Assembly (NCBI GenBank): GCA_963848305.1
Contig: CAWKDC010000001.1
Span: 992,001-1,056,000, forward strand
Direction: 5' to 3'
From: an uncultured Gammaproteobacteria bacterium
Lineage (GTDB): Bacteria > Pseudomonadota > Gammaproteobacteria > JABCZS01
Length of the DNA: 64,000 nucleotides
This document shows, in pieces, positions 42,871 through 52,490 of this stretch. Made by a program: the position numbers and the translations under genes. Position 1 is the stretch's first letter. Every line of letters begins with the position of its first letter. The notes under the pieces were generated by a model. It had not been told where the DNA came from, made no database searches, and was given only the letters and a program-made list of their open reading frames with translations.

Positions 42871-44883
42871 CTAATCCTCATCCGTTGCAAATGGCTTAGG
42901 TAATTCAGCATCGCTATATTGCCAAGGCGGCAACAGATTGCTGCCGAAATTATTTGGCTCGTGGCTCAATATTTGTAAATTGCGGATGGTATTGTATTTG
43001 TCTTGTGACACCACATTGTTTTGTTCACCATCACGCATGATCACAGGGCGCATGAAAATCATTAAATTGGTTTTTTCACTGCTCTTCTTATCACTCTGAA
43101 ATAATTTGCCCAATAAAGGAATATCACCCAATACTGGTACTTTATCAAGCGACGTTCTTTCTTCAGTGGAGATCAACCCCCCCAGCACCAAAATATCACC
43201 ATCATCCACCAAGACTTGTGTATTGATTTCACGTAACGCAGTGGTGGGTTTATTATTCATTGAAGGCCCTAGGTTATCCACTTTTTGCATGATCTGCATT
43301 TGAATTGCATCGCCACTTGTGATTTGCGGCAAAATATTGAGCTCAAGGCCAACATCACGGTATTCCACTGTGATAAATGGTGTGACAGTATTTTCGCCCC
43401 CCGTCGTTGCATACTGCCCAATTTCAAATGGGATACTGGCGCCCACTTTGATCTGTGCAGACGCATTGTCCATCGCCACCAATGACGGTGTTGAAAGCAC
43501 GTTCACACTCGTATCTGATTCAAGCGCATGCAATAGAAAACGCAAATCGCCGTTGCGAATAAATCCCACCGTTAAGCCTGAGCCAGGCAATGCATCTGAA
43601 CCATTATCGATATTCTGCTGATAGGCATTGATCATACCCGCAATATTGCCATCATCTCCTGGGAAACTCGTGCCCCCAGCCAGATCGCCTGCGCCACGCC
43701 ATTCGGCCGCCCATTCATCCGCTCTTTTGCCGCGCACTTCCACAATGATGGCTTCCACCAACACTTGTGCACGACGCACATCCAACCGGTGAATCACATT
43801 TTTCATGCTTAACATCAAACTTGGTGGAGCAGTGATGATCAATGCATTGGTATTCGGTTCTGCTTGTACGCCATAAGGGCCGATCACAACCCCGGCTGCT
43901 TGACGTTCATTTTCCAATGTATCGTCGCCTTTCTTTTGATTCAATTGGGCTTTGGTCGTATCAAATACGGTAGGTTGCGTCATTTGTGAGCGGGCTGCGG
44001 TTTTGCTTCCATTTGCTGAACGCGCTTCCATTTGTGCAGCGTAGCTGTCTAATATGTTGCCCAGCACAGGAACCAGTAGTTCTGCTTTTTGATATTTTAA
44101 ATAGATGACCTGTGTATTACCTTGTTCAGGTACTTTCACATCCAGTTTTGTAATCAATGCTCGGATGTTGTCTCGCGTGGCTTTATCACCACTGAAAATC
44201 ACACTGTTGGTTCTATCATCCGAACCCACGGTCACATTGCTTGCCTCGGGGCCACGACGTTGTGCTTGCAACACTTGCGTCAAACCGGTCACCACATCTC
44301 CCGCAGAAGCATGCTCTAATTGCATCACTTCCATGCCTTCTGCATCTTCGACATCGAGACGTTTGATCAAATCCAGAATGCGTTCCACATTAGACGCCCT
44401 ATCAGCGATGATCAAACTATTAGAAGGGCCATATGCAGCCAAGTGACCAGAAGGTGAAACAAGATTACGCAACGTCGGTACCATTTGAGCTGCAGACACA
44501 TGATTCAACACGATCACTTCCGCCACCACAGAAGCCCCTTTCGACGAACCCCCTGTCGCGCCGCCTGTATGTCGCACTTGCGCATCAGGCACAATTTTAA
44601 TCACGTTGCCTTCCGGAATGGCGGCATAACCTAATACTTGCAAGGCAGATAAATACACTTCATAGGTTGCATCGCTGTCCAGATCGGTTGATGAAATCAT
44701 GGTGATTTTGCCGGACACGCTAGGATCCAGTAAGAAATTTTTGCCGGTCACACGGGATACTTCTTCCGTCACAATTTTAATGTCAACGTCTTGAATATTC
44801 CAACGGCGTTTTTCAGCAGCAAAAACAGAGCAGGTAAGCAAGACACCGAGAAAAAGACAGGCTATTGTTCGATAAAGCTTCAT
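42871..44883 (-). CDS. gspD: Type II secretion secretin D
   Basis: N0 domain TGKNFLLDP, LDVRRAQVLVEAIIVE, VPVLGDIPLLG.LF. Confidence 0.96.
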   Translation of the reverse strand: MKLYRTIACLFLGVLLTCSVFAAEKRRWNIQDVDIKIVTEEVSRVTGKNFLLDPSVSGKITMISSTDLDSDATYEVYLSALQVLGYAAIPEGNVIKIVPDAQVRHTGGATGGSSKGASVVAEVIVLNHVSAAQMVPTLRNLVSPSGHLAAYGPSNSLIIADRASNVERILDLIKRLDVEDAEGMEVMQLEHASAGDVVTGLTQVLQAQRRGPEASNVTVGSDDRTNSVIFSGDKATRDNIRALITKLDVKVPEQGNTQVIYLKYQKAELLVPVLGNILDSYAAQMEARSANGSKTAARSQMTQPTVFDTTKAQLNQKKGDDTLENERQAAGVVIGPYGVQAEPNTNALIITAPPSLMLSMKNVIHRLDVRRAQVLVEAIIVEVRGKRADEWAAEWRGAGDLAGGTSFPGDDGNIAGMINAYQQNIDNGSDALPGSGLTVGFIRNGDLRFLLHALESDTSVNVLSTPSLVAMDNASAQIKVGASIPFEIGQYATTGGENTVTPFITVEYRDVGLELNILPQITSGDAIQMQIMQKVDNLGPSMNNKPTTALREINTQVLVDDGDILVLGGLISTEERTSLDKVPVLGDIPLLGKLFQSDKKSSEKTNLMIFMRPVIMRDGEQNNVVSQDKYNTIRNLQILSHEPNNFGSNLLPPWQYSDAELPKPFATDED

Positions 44884-44902
44884 TCATACCATCCTTGTGC
44901 GA

Positions 44903-45337
44903 TCACAGACGCGAAGTAGGCAATGGTAACATACTTTGCTCCCCGGCTTTTTCCAATACAACCTGCGCATCGTGAACAGCAATCAAGGTGCTGCCATTGG
45001 GTAAACGATCACCCACGATATACAGCTTGGGCTGCTTACCCTGAGCAGCGATGATCGCGGATCCTTTTTCGGGTACTTCACCCGTGAAAATCCCACGCAA
45101 TAATAACCCTCCCTCCGCCATTTTCAGCAGGGAGGGCGATTGACCAAAAATACCTTCAATGTCGACAGACTGATCGGCGCGGGGGGCGTGCGAAGTGGCA
45201 GTGACCTTGGGGCGATGGGATTCATCAGAGAACACTTGCCAAAAGCCCACGAGAGAATTCACTATAATGATACCGGCCAAGCCAAGAAGCCAAGGTATGA
45301 AAGGCATAACGCGCTTGACGTAAGTAGGTAACAGCAT
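44903..45337 (-). CDS. gspC: Type II secretion protein C (HR domain only)
   Basis: TM then L.LRGI....GSAII....Y.VGD.LP; first gene of cluster. Confidence 0.8.
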   Translation of the reverse strand: MLLPTYVKRVMPFIPWLLGLAGIIIVNSLVGFWQVFSDESHRPKVTATSHAPRADQSVDIEGIFGQSPSLLKMAEGGLLLRGIFTGEVPEKGSAIIAAQGKQPKLYIVGDRLPNGSTLIAVHDAQVVLEKAGEQSMLPLPTSRL

Positions 45338-45456
45338 GATTTCCCCTTAGTTTAGTTTGATGATTTTCTATTGGGCACACTCTACTCTGTTTGCCCTATT
45401 AAGTCAAGGGCATGATACTATACTGGGATAACTTTTTTGCAAGGTGGGCACAATCC

Positions 45457-46338
45457 ATGTCATTGATAGAGCAAGATATTATTCAGGGCTTTCTTTTCCA
45501 AGGCATGCCCATTCGAGGCATCCTCGTTCGGCTTCATGGCAGCTACCAAACTGCCATCAGCAAACACAACTATCCCACGGTCGTTCAAGGCTTGCTCGGC
45601 GATGCTTTATGCGTCGCTGCCCTGCTCGCCCACACCACCAAAATCCAGGGAACGATTTCACTCCAAGCCCAGGGCACCTATCCTGTTAACCTACTCTTGG
45701 CTGAATGCACGAACAAATACCACCTGCGAGGGCTCGCCAAACACGCCGAGCAGGTTTTGCCCGGCAGTTTGGCAGAGCTGTTTGGCGCAGGTCAAATGGC
45801 CGTCACCATGAAACTGGAAGGCCAAAACCAACAATATCAAGGTGTTATTCCTTTAGTCGGTGAAAACCTCGCTCAAGCCATCGAAAGTTATTTTATTCAA
45901 TCCGAACAAATTCCCACGAAAATTTACCTCGCGCATGATGGCAACACTGCCGCAGGGTTGCTGTTGCAAATTCTCCCCAGCGATTTGCCTTCTGCCCCTG
46001 ACGATTGGCAACATATCACGACACTCAGCAACACCCTCACCCCCGAAGAATTATTAGGGCTGTCAAACACGGATATTTTACGCCGTTTATACCATCAAGA
46101 ATCTATTCATTTATTTGAAACGCAGCCGCTGACATTCCGTTGCTCCTGCTCTCGCACGCGGATTGAAGCGATGCTATTGTCTCTCGGTGAGGCGGCCCTC
46201 AAAACCGTTTTGGATGAAAAAGGAATGATTGATACGCATTGCGAATTCTGCAACCACCACTATATTTTTGATACGGTGGATGTGCATCAATTATTAGCCG
46301 ATCCCACCAGCCATACTTTTTCAACCAAGGAACACTGA
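45457..46338 (+). CDS. hslO: Hsp33 redox-regulated chaperone
   Basis: YF.QSEQIPT, FRCSCS, CEFC. Confidence 0.96.
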   Translation: MSLIEQDIIQGFLFQGMPIRGILVRLHGSYQTAISKHNYPTVVQGLLGDALCVAALLAHTTKIQGTISLQAQGTYPVNLLLAECTNKYHLRGLAKHAEQVLPGSLAELFGAGQMAVTMKLEGQNQQYQGVIPLVGENLAQAIESYFIQSEQIPTKIYLAHDGNTAAGLLLQILPSDLPSAPDDWQHITTLSNTLTPEELLGLSNTDILRRLYHQESIHLFETQPLTFRCSCSRTRIEAMLLSLGEAALKTVLDEKGMIDTHCEFCNHHYIFDTVDVHQLLADPTSHTFSTKEH

Positions 46339-46839
46339 ATGATACTCAAACGTCCGCTCCCTTTTGTGATCATGTTGATTTGCCTGGGCTCATTGTGCTT
46401 CGGCTATTATTTGCAATATGTTGAACATCTCCAGCCCTGTTTGTTATGCATCGCGCAGCGTATCGCATTATATGTCATCGGGATATCTGCCGCCTTGTTG
46501 TGGCTTTACCCATTTCAAACCTTTGGCCGATGGCTTGGGAACGGCTTGATATTGCTGTCCGCCTCTGCTGGCATTTTTTTTGCGGGCAAACAATTGTATT
46601 TGGAATCGTTGCCCCCTGAATTGCGTCCTGCCTGCACCATTCCGTTTGAAATGCTGATTCAAAACCATGAATGGGGCGATGCTTTTATGCAACTGATGAG
46701 TGGCACCAGCGATTGCGGCGTACGTCAGTGGGCGTTTTTGAATATGTCGCTTCCGTTTTGGAGCGGATTGGTTTTTGTGGTGGTGATTGTTTTGTTTGTG
46801 GTGGCTAAATGCCAAAAAAAGCGGCTTGTTCTATCCTAA
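46339..46839 (+). CDS. dsbB: Disulfide bond formation protein B
   Basis: PCLLCIAQR, second Cys pair, four TM segments. Confidence 0.92.
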   Translation: MILKRPLPFVIMLICLGSLCFGYYLQYVEHLQPCLLCIAQRIALYVIGISAALLWLYPFQTFGRWLGNGLILLSASAGIFFAGKQLYLESLPPELRPACTIPFEMLIQNHEWGDAFMQLMSGTSDCGVRQWAFLNMSLPFWSGLVFVVVIVLFVVAKCQKKRLVLS

Positions 46840-46848
46840 ACAAGCCGC
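46814..46848 (-). terminator. Intrinsic terminator of the sRNA (overlaps dsbB stop)
   Basis: gcggcttgtt-taggatag-aacaagccgc followed by T7 on the minus strand. Confidence 0.85.
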
Positions 46849-46974
46849 AGGGTTGTAATCGTTCACGTCATCCTTGATGTGCGAAGCACACCAATTTTTA
46901 CCCCCTGAACGATCACGCACAGTGAATATTGACATCCCTGTCAAAAACTTACTTCTCTGCCCATCCATGAGCGT
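46814..46974 (-). ncRNA. CsrA/RsmA-sequestering sRNA (RsmY/RsmZ-like)
   Basis: GGA in hairpin loops (gctcATGGATgggc, ttgacAGGGATgtcaa, catcAAGGATgac, terminator loop TAGGATAG); TTGCGC-17-GATACT promoter; U7 terminator. Confidence 0.75.
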
Positions 46975-47128
46975 GGAGACAGTATCTTCGATCGCCCCCG
47001 AGGGCGCAACCCAAAAAATGATCGGTTTTTTGGGAGCCATAGACACATAATCTTATTTAAAAACAGATAGATAGCGTGCTCATGCAGATATTGACGGTTG
47101 GTTGATCAGCCAACCGCTCGCAAATGCT

Positions 47129-47142
47129 TAAGCAATTTCTCA
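47129..47142. promoter_or_regulatory. LetA/GacA-box-like site
   Basis: TAAGCAATTTCTCA, one mismatch to the Legionella consensus TNAGAAATTTCTNA, about 160 bp upstream of the sRNA. Confidence 0.55.
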
Positions 47143-47164
47143 CAAAATAGAATGATAATATTCC

Positions 47165-47488
47165 TTAATCTTCCAGATACTGGCGCTTATTAGGCACGCC
47201 TTCCCAAGATTTTGCATCCGCAGGGGCAGGTTTCATGTTCGTGATCGTTGGCCAGGTCGCTGCATGATCAGCGTTCCACTGAATAAACATTTTCTGATCT
47301 TCAGGCACATCATCTTCCGCATAAATAGCATTCACGGGACACTCTGGTTCACACAGCGCACAATCGATACATTCCTCAGGATCGATGATCAACATATTGG
47401 GACCTTCCCTAAAACAATCCACAGGGCATACTTCGACACAATCCATATATTTACAACGCACACAATTTTCAGTGACGATAAAAGCCAT
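47165..47488 (-). CDS. fdxA: 7Fe ferredoxin
   Basis: [30 protein letters not shown]. Confidence 0.96.
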   Translation of the reverse strand: MAFIVTENCVRCKYMDCVEVCPVDCFREGPNMLIIDPEECIDCALCEPECPVNAIYAEDDVPEDQKMFIQWNADHAATWPTITNMKPAPADAKSWEGVPNKRQYLED

Positions 47489-47599
47489 GATTTGCTCCTT
47501 GAGTAGAAAAAATATAATGCGAAAAAATTTATTTCGCAATTTTTTTCAAATGATGTATAATTTGCCAAATCCGTTTTACAATTCATTGGAGAGAATATC

Positions 47600-48169
47600 A
47601 TGGCAAAGAAATCAAAGCAACCTAAACCTGGCAAACCCAAAGCTGCTAAAGCTTCAAAAAGCCTGGGCGCAACCATCATTGCAACCTTAAAGTCCAGCAA
47701 AACCGAATTAACTCAACAAGTCAAAGGCGCTAAAAAAGCTTTAGCCGTTGCTAAAGTCGCGCACAAAAAAGAATCCGCAAAAGTAAAAGCTTCTCTCGCT
47801 CAAGCAAAAGCCACTGTTAAAGGCCCACGTGGCGCACAAGCCAAAGCAAAAACAGCATTGGCAAAAGCTCAAGCTGCTGCTGCAGCCGCGGCAAAAAAAT
47901 TAGCTGCCGCCACTGACACAGTGAATGCCTCTTTGTTGGCCTTGAAAGAAGTCACACTCCTGCAAAAAGCTGTTGCTCAATTTGAAAAATCTTGGAAGAA
48001 AGAAGCCAAGTCTGCAGCTGTTGCCAAAAAACGTGGTCGCAAAGCCAAGACAGTTGCTGTCACCGCAGCATCTACGAATGCAACCGGTAAAAAACGTGGA
48101 CGTAAGCCAAAGTCACAAGTCGTTGCAACTGAGATTGTTGAGACAGCGCCGGTTGTTGAAGTGGCCTGA
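47600..48169 (+). CDS. Histone H1-like Lys/Ala-rich DNA-binding protein
   Basis: very K/A-rich, two KKRGRK motifs. Confidence 0.75.
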   Translation: MAKKSKQPKPGKPKAAKASKSLGATIIATLKSSKTELTQQVKGAKKALAVAKVAHKKESAKVKASLAQAKATVKGPRGAQAKAKTALAKAQAAAAAAAKKLAAATDTVNASLLALKEVTLLQKAVAQFEKSWKKEAKSAAVAKKRGRKAKTVAVTAASTNATGKKRGRKPKSQVVATEIVETAPVVEVA

Positions 48170-48233
48170 TCCCGGATAAACGCTAACGCGTTTTCCGGGA
48201 TGACATGGGATAAACGCTAACGCGTTTTCCGGA
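48168..48233. repeat. Dispersed copies of the GATCCCGGA...TCCGGGATGAC palindrome (one full, one partial)
   Basis: gatcccggataaacgctaacgcgttttccgggatgac shares ends with the arrays at 57674-58377. Confidence 0.85.
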
Positions 48234-48237
48234 TTGC

Positions 48238-48263
48238 AGGGGTGCAGCATGCTGCACCCCTAC
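48238..48263. repeat. GTAG-type REP-like perfect palindrome
   Basis: aggggtgcagcatgctgcacccct (24-bp perfect palindrome) plus ac. Confidence 0.75.
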
Positions 48264-48279
48264 TACAATGGGTTCCCAT

Positions 48280-49041
48280 TTACAACACATCCATCACCAC
48301 AATCGTGTGGTCACTCGGCCGCTCAAACCCCCTCACTGATTTATCAATCACACAACTCTTCACACGTTGAGACAGTGCGTTACTCGCCAAAATTAAATCA
48401 ATCCGCAACCCTCTGTCACGCTCAAACGCTCGGGTGCGATAATCCCACCATGAATAACGCCCTTCACGTGTTTCAAACATCCTGAAGGTATCGACAAAGC
48501 CCAGCGCTAAAATCTCTTTCAACGCATCGCGCTCTTTATCTGTGCACAATACTTGCCCTGCCCATGCAATGGGATCGTAAACATCCGCATCTGTGGGCGC
48601 AATATTAAAATCCCCGAGCACGATTAATTCAGGATACGTCTGCAATTCGTTTTTTAAATAATCCCGCAAACGCGCCAACCATTTTAATTTATACACATAT
48701 TTATCACTGTCAGGGGACTGCCCATTAGGCACATACACATTCACCACGCGAATACCATCGACGGTGGAAGCCAATAAACGGCGCTCAGGATCATCCGGTG
48801 ATAAGTCACATACCACCTCTGCTTGCGGCAAACGCGACAAGGTCGCCACACCATTGTAAGATTTCTGCCCTGCAAAAGTCGCTTGATAACCCAACGCTGC
48901 AATGGCTTCCAGGGGAAACAATGCATCTTCCACTTTGATTTCTTGCAAACAAATCACATCCGGCGCATGCTCGGCAATCATTTCAGCCAAATGAGGCAAC
49001 CTCACCCGTAAAGAATTCACATTCCACGTGACAATCTTCAT
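48280..49041 (-). CDS. xth: Exodeoxyribonuclease III (second paralogue)
   Basis: TWNVNSLR, LQEIK, YVPNG, GDFNIAP, SWWDYR, PSDH. Confidence 0.95.
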   Translation of the reverse strand: MKIVTWNVNSLRVRLPHLAEMIAEHAPDVICLQEIKVEDALFPLEAIAALGYQATFAGQKSYNGVATLSRLPQAEVVCDLSPDDPERRLLASTVDGIRVVNVYVPNGQSPDSDKYVYKLKWLARLRDYLKNELQTYPELIVLGDFNIAPTDADVYDPIAWAGQVLCTDKERDALKEILALGFVDTFRMFETREGRYSWWDYRTRAFERDRGLRIDLILASNALSQRVKSCVIDKSVRGFERPSDHTIVVMDVL

Positions 49042-49072
49042 CAAACCTCTCCCTCTCTGATAAACTAACGAG

Positions 49073-51057
49073 ATGAACCCAACACCCTTGATCATTCAAG
49101 TCGCGGTGCCCACACCGCTGCGCAAAACTTTTGACTACCTTCCCCCGATTGGGGAAACAACTCCTATCGTACCTGGTTTGCGCGTCAAAATCTCGTTTGG
49201 TAAACGAGAATGTATTGGGATTGTGATGGGGACATCCACGGAAAGCACCTTTCCCCTCGATAAACTCAAACCTATCGAAACAGTGTTGGATGAAACACCC
49301 CTGCTAGACAGCCACCTACTCTCCCTTGCGCGCTTTGCCGCACAATATTATCACCATCCCATTGGCGATGTGTTGAGTCACTTTCTACCCGGCCCATTAC
49401 GTCAGGGCAAAATGCCGCGCGCCAAAAAAACAGCTGCACCCATCGCCATCACCTCTTTTCCACCCACATTGACGGATGAACAAGACATTGCCCTCAAGCA
49501 TATCTTAAATCACCGCAATACTTTCCACGTGTCCTTATTACAAGGCGTCACGGGCAGTGGGAAAACAGAAATTTATTTGCGCGCCATGGAACCTGTTTTG
49601 GCTGCGGGCCAACAAGTGTTGATCCTTGTCCCTGAAATTGGCTTAACCCCCCAAATTGTCGCACGCGTGGAAGCACGCTTTGGCTTGCCTGTTGCACTCT
49701 TGCATTCCGGGCTGGCGGATGGCGCACGTGCGCAAGCCTGGCTGGCCGCACAGCGCAATGAAGCGCACATCATCATTGCGACCCGTTCCGGTGTGTTTGT
49801 GCCGTTGCCCAAGCTAGGCTTGATGGTGATTGATGAAGAACACGATTTATCATTCAAACAACAAGAAGGCTTCCGTTATCATGCACGCGATTTAGCGATA
49901 TGGCGCGCCAAAGCAATGCATATTCCCATTATTTTGGGTTCCGCCACTCCTTCATTTGAAAGCTTGAAACAAGCTGAACTCGGTCGTTATACCACACTCA
50001 CGTTAAATGAACGCGCTCAAGGATTGAAAACCCCTTTAAGGGTGATTGATTTGCGCAATCAAAAAATGGACGCCCATCTCTCCCCCATATTATTAGAAGC
50101 AATTGCGCGCCGATTAGAACGCAAAGAACAGGTTTTGATTTTTTTAAACCGCCGCGGCTTTGCGCCCACCTGGATGTGTCATGCCTGCGGATGGGTCGCC
50201 ACCTGCACACGCTGTGATGCGCACCTCACCTATCATCAAGACAAACGTCTGATTTGCCATCATTGTGATCATCAAATCAAACACCTCGATCGCTGTAAAC
50301 AATGCGGCAGCCCTAGTTTTTTATTATTGGGCCAAGGCACACAACGCGTCGAAGAAACCTTGGCCAAATGTTTTCCAAACGCGCGCATTGCACGCGTCGA
50401 TCGCGATTCCACCCGTAAAAAAGATGCGTTATCCGATGTGCTCACACAGGTGCAACAAGGTGATATCGACATTTTACTCGGCACACAAATGCTTGCCAAA
50501 GGCCATCATTTTCCACGTGTCACATTGGTGGCGATATTGGACGCCGATTCGGGATTATTATCAAGCGATTTCCGCGCACCCGAACGCCTCGCACAATTGC
50601 TGACACAAGTCTCAGGCCGTGCAGGCCGCGAACATTTACCGGGTGAAGTATTTTTACAAACACACCATCCCGATCATCCCCTATTGATGGAATGGTTGCA
50701 AGGCGGCTACCCGCATTTCGCACAAAAAGCGATGCGTGATCGCGCCGCGTTAAACTTACCCCCGTTCGGCCACATGACATTGTTGCGCGCAGAGTCATCC
50801 AAACAAGAAGCACCGATGGCTTTTTTAAACGACATTAAACAATGGTTAAACCAGCATACAAAAGGTTTGCAGGTGTTGGCACCATCCCCGCTTTGATGGA
50901 AAAAAGGCAAGGCAAATTTCGCGCCCAATTATTATTGCACGCCCCTGATCGCAGCGCTTTGCATGAATGTTTACATCAATTGATGCATTTGATTGAACAG
51001 CATGTCCACCTTCGAGCCGTGCGCTTCAGCTGGGATGTTGATCCGCAAGAAATGTGA
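49073..51057 (+). CDS. priA: Primosomal protein N', frameshift near 50880
   Basis: GVTGSGKTE, DEEHD, LGSATPS, NRRGFAP, CxxC zinc region, GTQMLAKGHHF, C-terminal WDVDP. Confidence 0.96.
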
Positions 51058-51258
51058 AAATTGAGTGTCGTGGACTCAATTTTCATGCCATGATTGGGCT
51101 ATCGAGGTGATTGTATGTTGTCTACCCAGGCGATCGACCATACAAACTGGCAGAAAACATACTTGTCATAAATTTAGAGGCTTTGCTATCAAATTTTTTC
51201 TAAAAAATACTTTTTTAAGGATTGCCTTGCCAAGGTACCTGTTTTATTGTATTTTCGT

Positions 51259-52248
51259 TTAAGCTACCCTGACTTTGTTTTTGAGCGCCATCAATTGCTG
51301 TTCAAAAAAGAGGGGGATACGATCTTCCAACCAGTATTTGGGTTTCAGCGGGTTCCATCCGGAAACAAATCCGACATGCCCACCATGTTGATACACTTCC
51401 AATTCCACTTGTTCTGACACTTCATGCGGATGCGGAATAGTTCCTTTCCCCATGAAAGGATCATCTTCTGATTGAATCAACAATGTTGGTACACGCACAT
51501 GTTGTACAAACATGCGTGAGCTGCATTGACGATAATAATCCAATGCATCTTTAAAACCATACATCGGCGCAGTGATCCGTTCATCATATTCGCGGATTGA
51601 TAAAATCGCTTTCACTGTCGCTGCATCAAAAGGATATTCATGCATTTCTGCTTTCTTCAATAATTTTGCTTTTAATGGTTTTAAAAAATATTGTTGATAC
51701 GCCCAGGCCATGCGTTTACCGAGCACGGACGTTGCGCGTTCCAAATCAAATGGCACAGACACCGCGACTGCAGCCAATAAAGGATTTTGATGACCTGTTT
51801 CACCTAACCATTTTAACAACACATTTCCACCCAATGAATAACCCACACCCATCAACGGGGTTTGAGGCTCACGGGCACGCAATGATTTCACGAATTCTGC
51901 AATATCACTCGTTTCACCGGAATGATAATTTTTGGCCGAACGATTCAACCGTTCACCACACGAACGGAAATGCACCAGCACCGCGCGCCATCCCAATTTA
52001 TCGACGGCCTGCATCATCCCTTTCACATAATGCGATTCCACGCTGCCTTCCAATCCGTGCAAAATGATCACAATCGGACCGGTGCTGCCACCTGCCCAAC
52101 GACAATCCAAGAAGTCGCCATCCGCCAATTCAAAAATCTCTTGCCGAGACGGTACCAGGCGATTCCGCCCAATAAAGCGCGCATAAACCGTTTGAAGGTG
52201 CGGGTTCTTAAGCCACCAGGCTGGTTTGAAGCGATGATCTCTGTGCAT
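51259..52248 (-). CDS. YheT-family alpha/beta hydrolase
   Basis: NPHLQT, HGLEGS, GYSLGG, DDPF, GGHVGF. Confidence 0.92.
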   Translation of the reverse strand: MHRDHRFKPAWWLKNPHLQTVYARFIGRNRLVPSRQEIFELADGDFLDCRWAGGSTGPIVIILHGLEGSVESHYVKGMMQAVDKLGWRAVLVHFRSCGERLNRSAKNYHSGETSDIAEFVKSLRAREPQTPLMGVGYSLGGNVLLKWLGETGHQNPLLAAVAVSVPFDLERATSVLGKRMAWAYQQYFLKPLKAKLLKKAEMHEYPFDAATVKAILSIREYDERITAPMYGFKDALDYYRQCSSRMFVQHVRVPTLLIQSEDDPFMGKGTIPHPHEVSEQVELEVYQHGGHVGFVSGWNPLKPKYWLEDRIPLFFEQQLMALKNKVRVA

Positions 52249-52490
52249 AGTAGTTGTCTCTCTCAGTGCTTATCTGGGATATCGGAGATTTTTGCTTTTT
52301 CTTGAAGGACGACCTACCACCAACTCTTTTAACGAATTGTTTTATATGAACATTGTTTTATGGTTGGCTATTGATCATTGCTCAGGGAGCTAGTATTTAG
52401 ACTTAATATTTATTATACTTTTGGTTGTAGGTGTCGATATAAGCGATATACGATATAAAAGTAACTATATAAATTAAGTAAGAGGTTTGC

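Noticed and set aside
46831-47046. 71-aa ORF
   Set aside because: It overlaps a promoter, GGA hairpins and a terminator that are better explained as an sRNA.
490-49041. Two xth paralogues as unusual
   Set aside because: ExoA-type plus XthA-type pairs are common in proteobacteria.
52391-52419. PmrA box upstream of the 1717-aa gene
   Set aside because: Only one cTTAATatT half-site, and the spacing to the -10 element does not fit.
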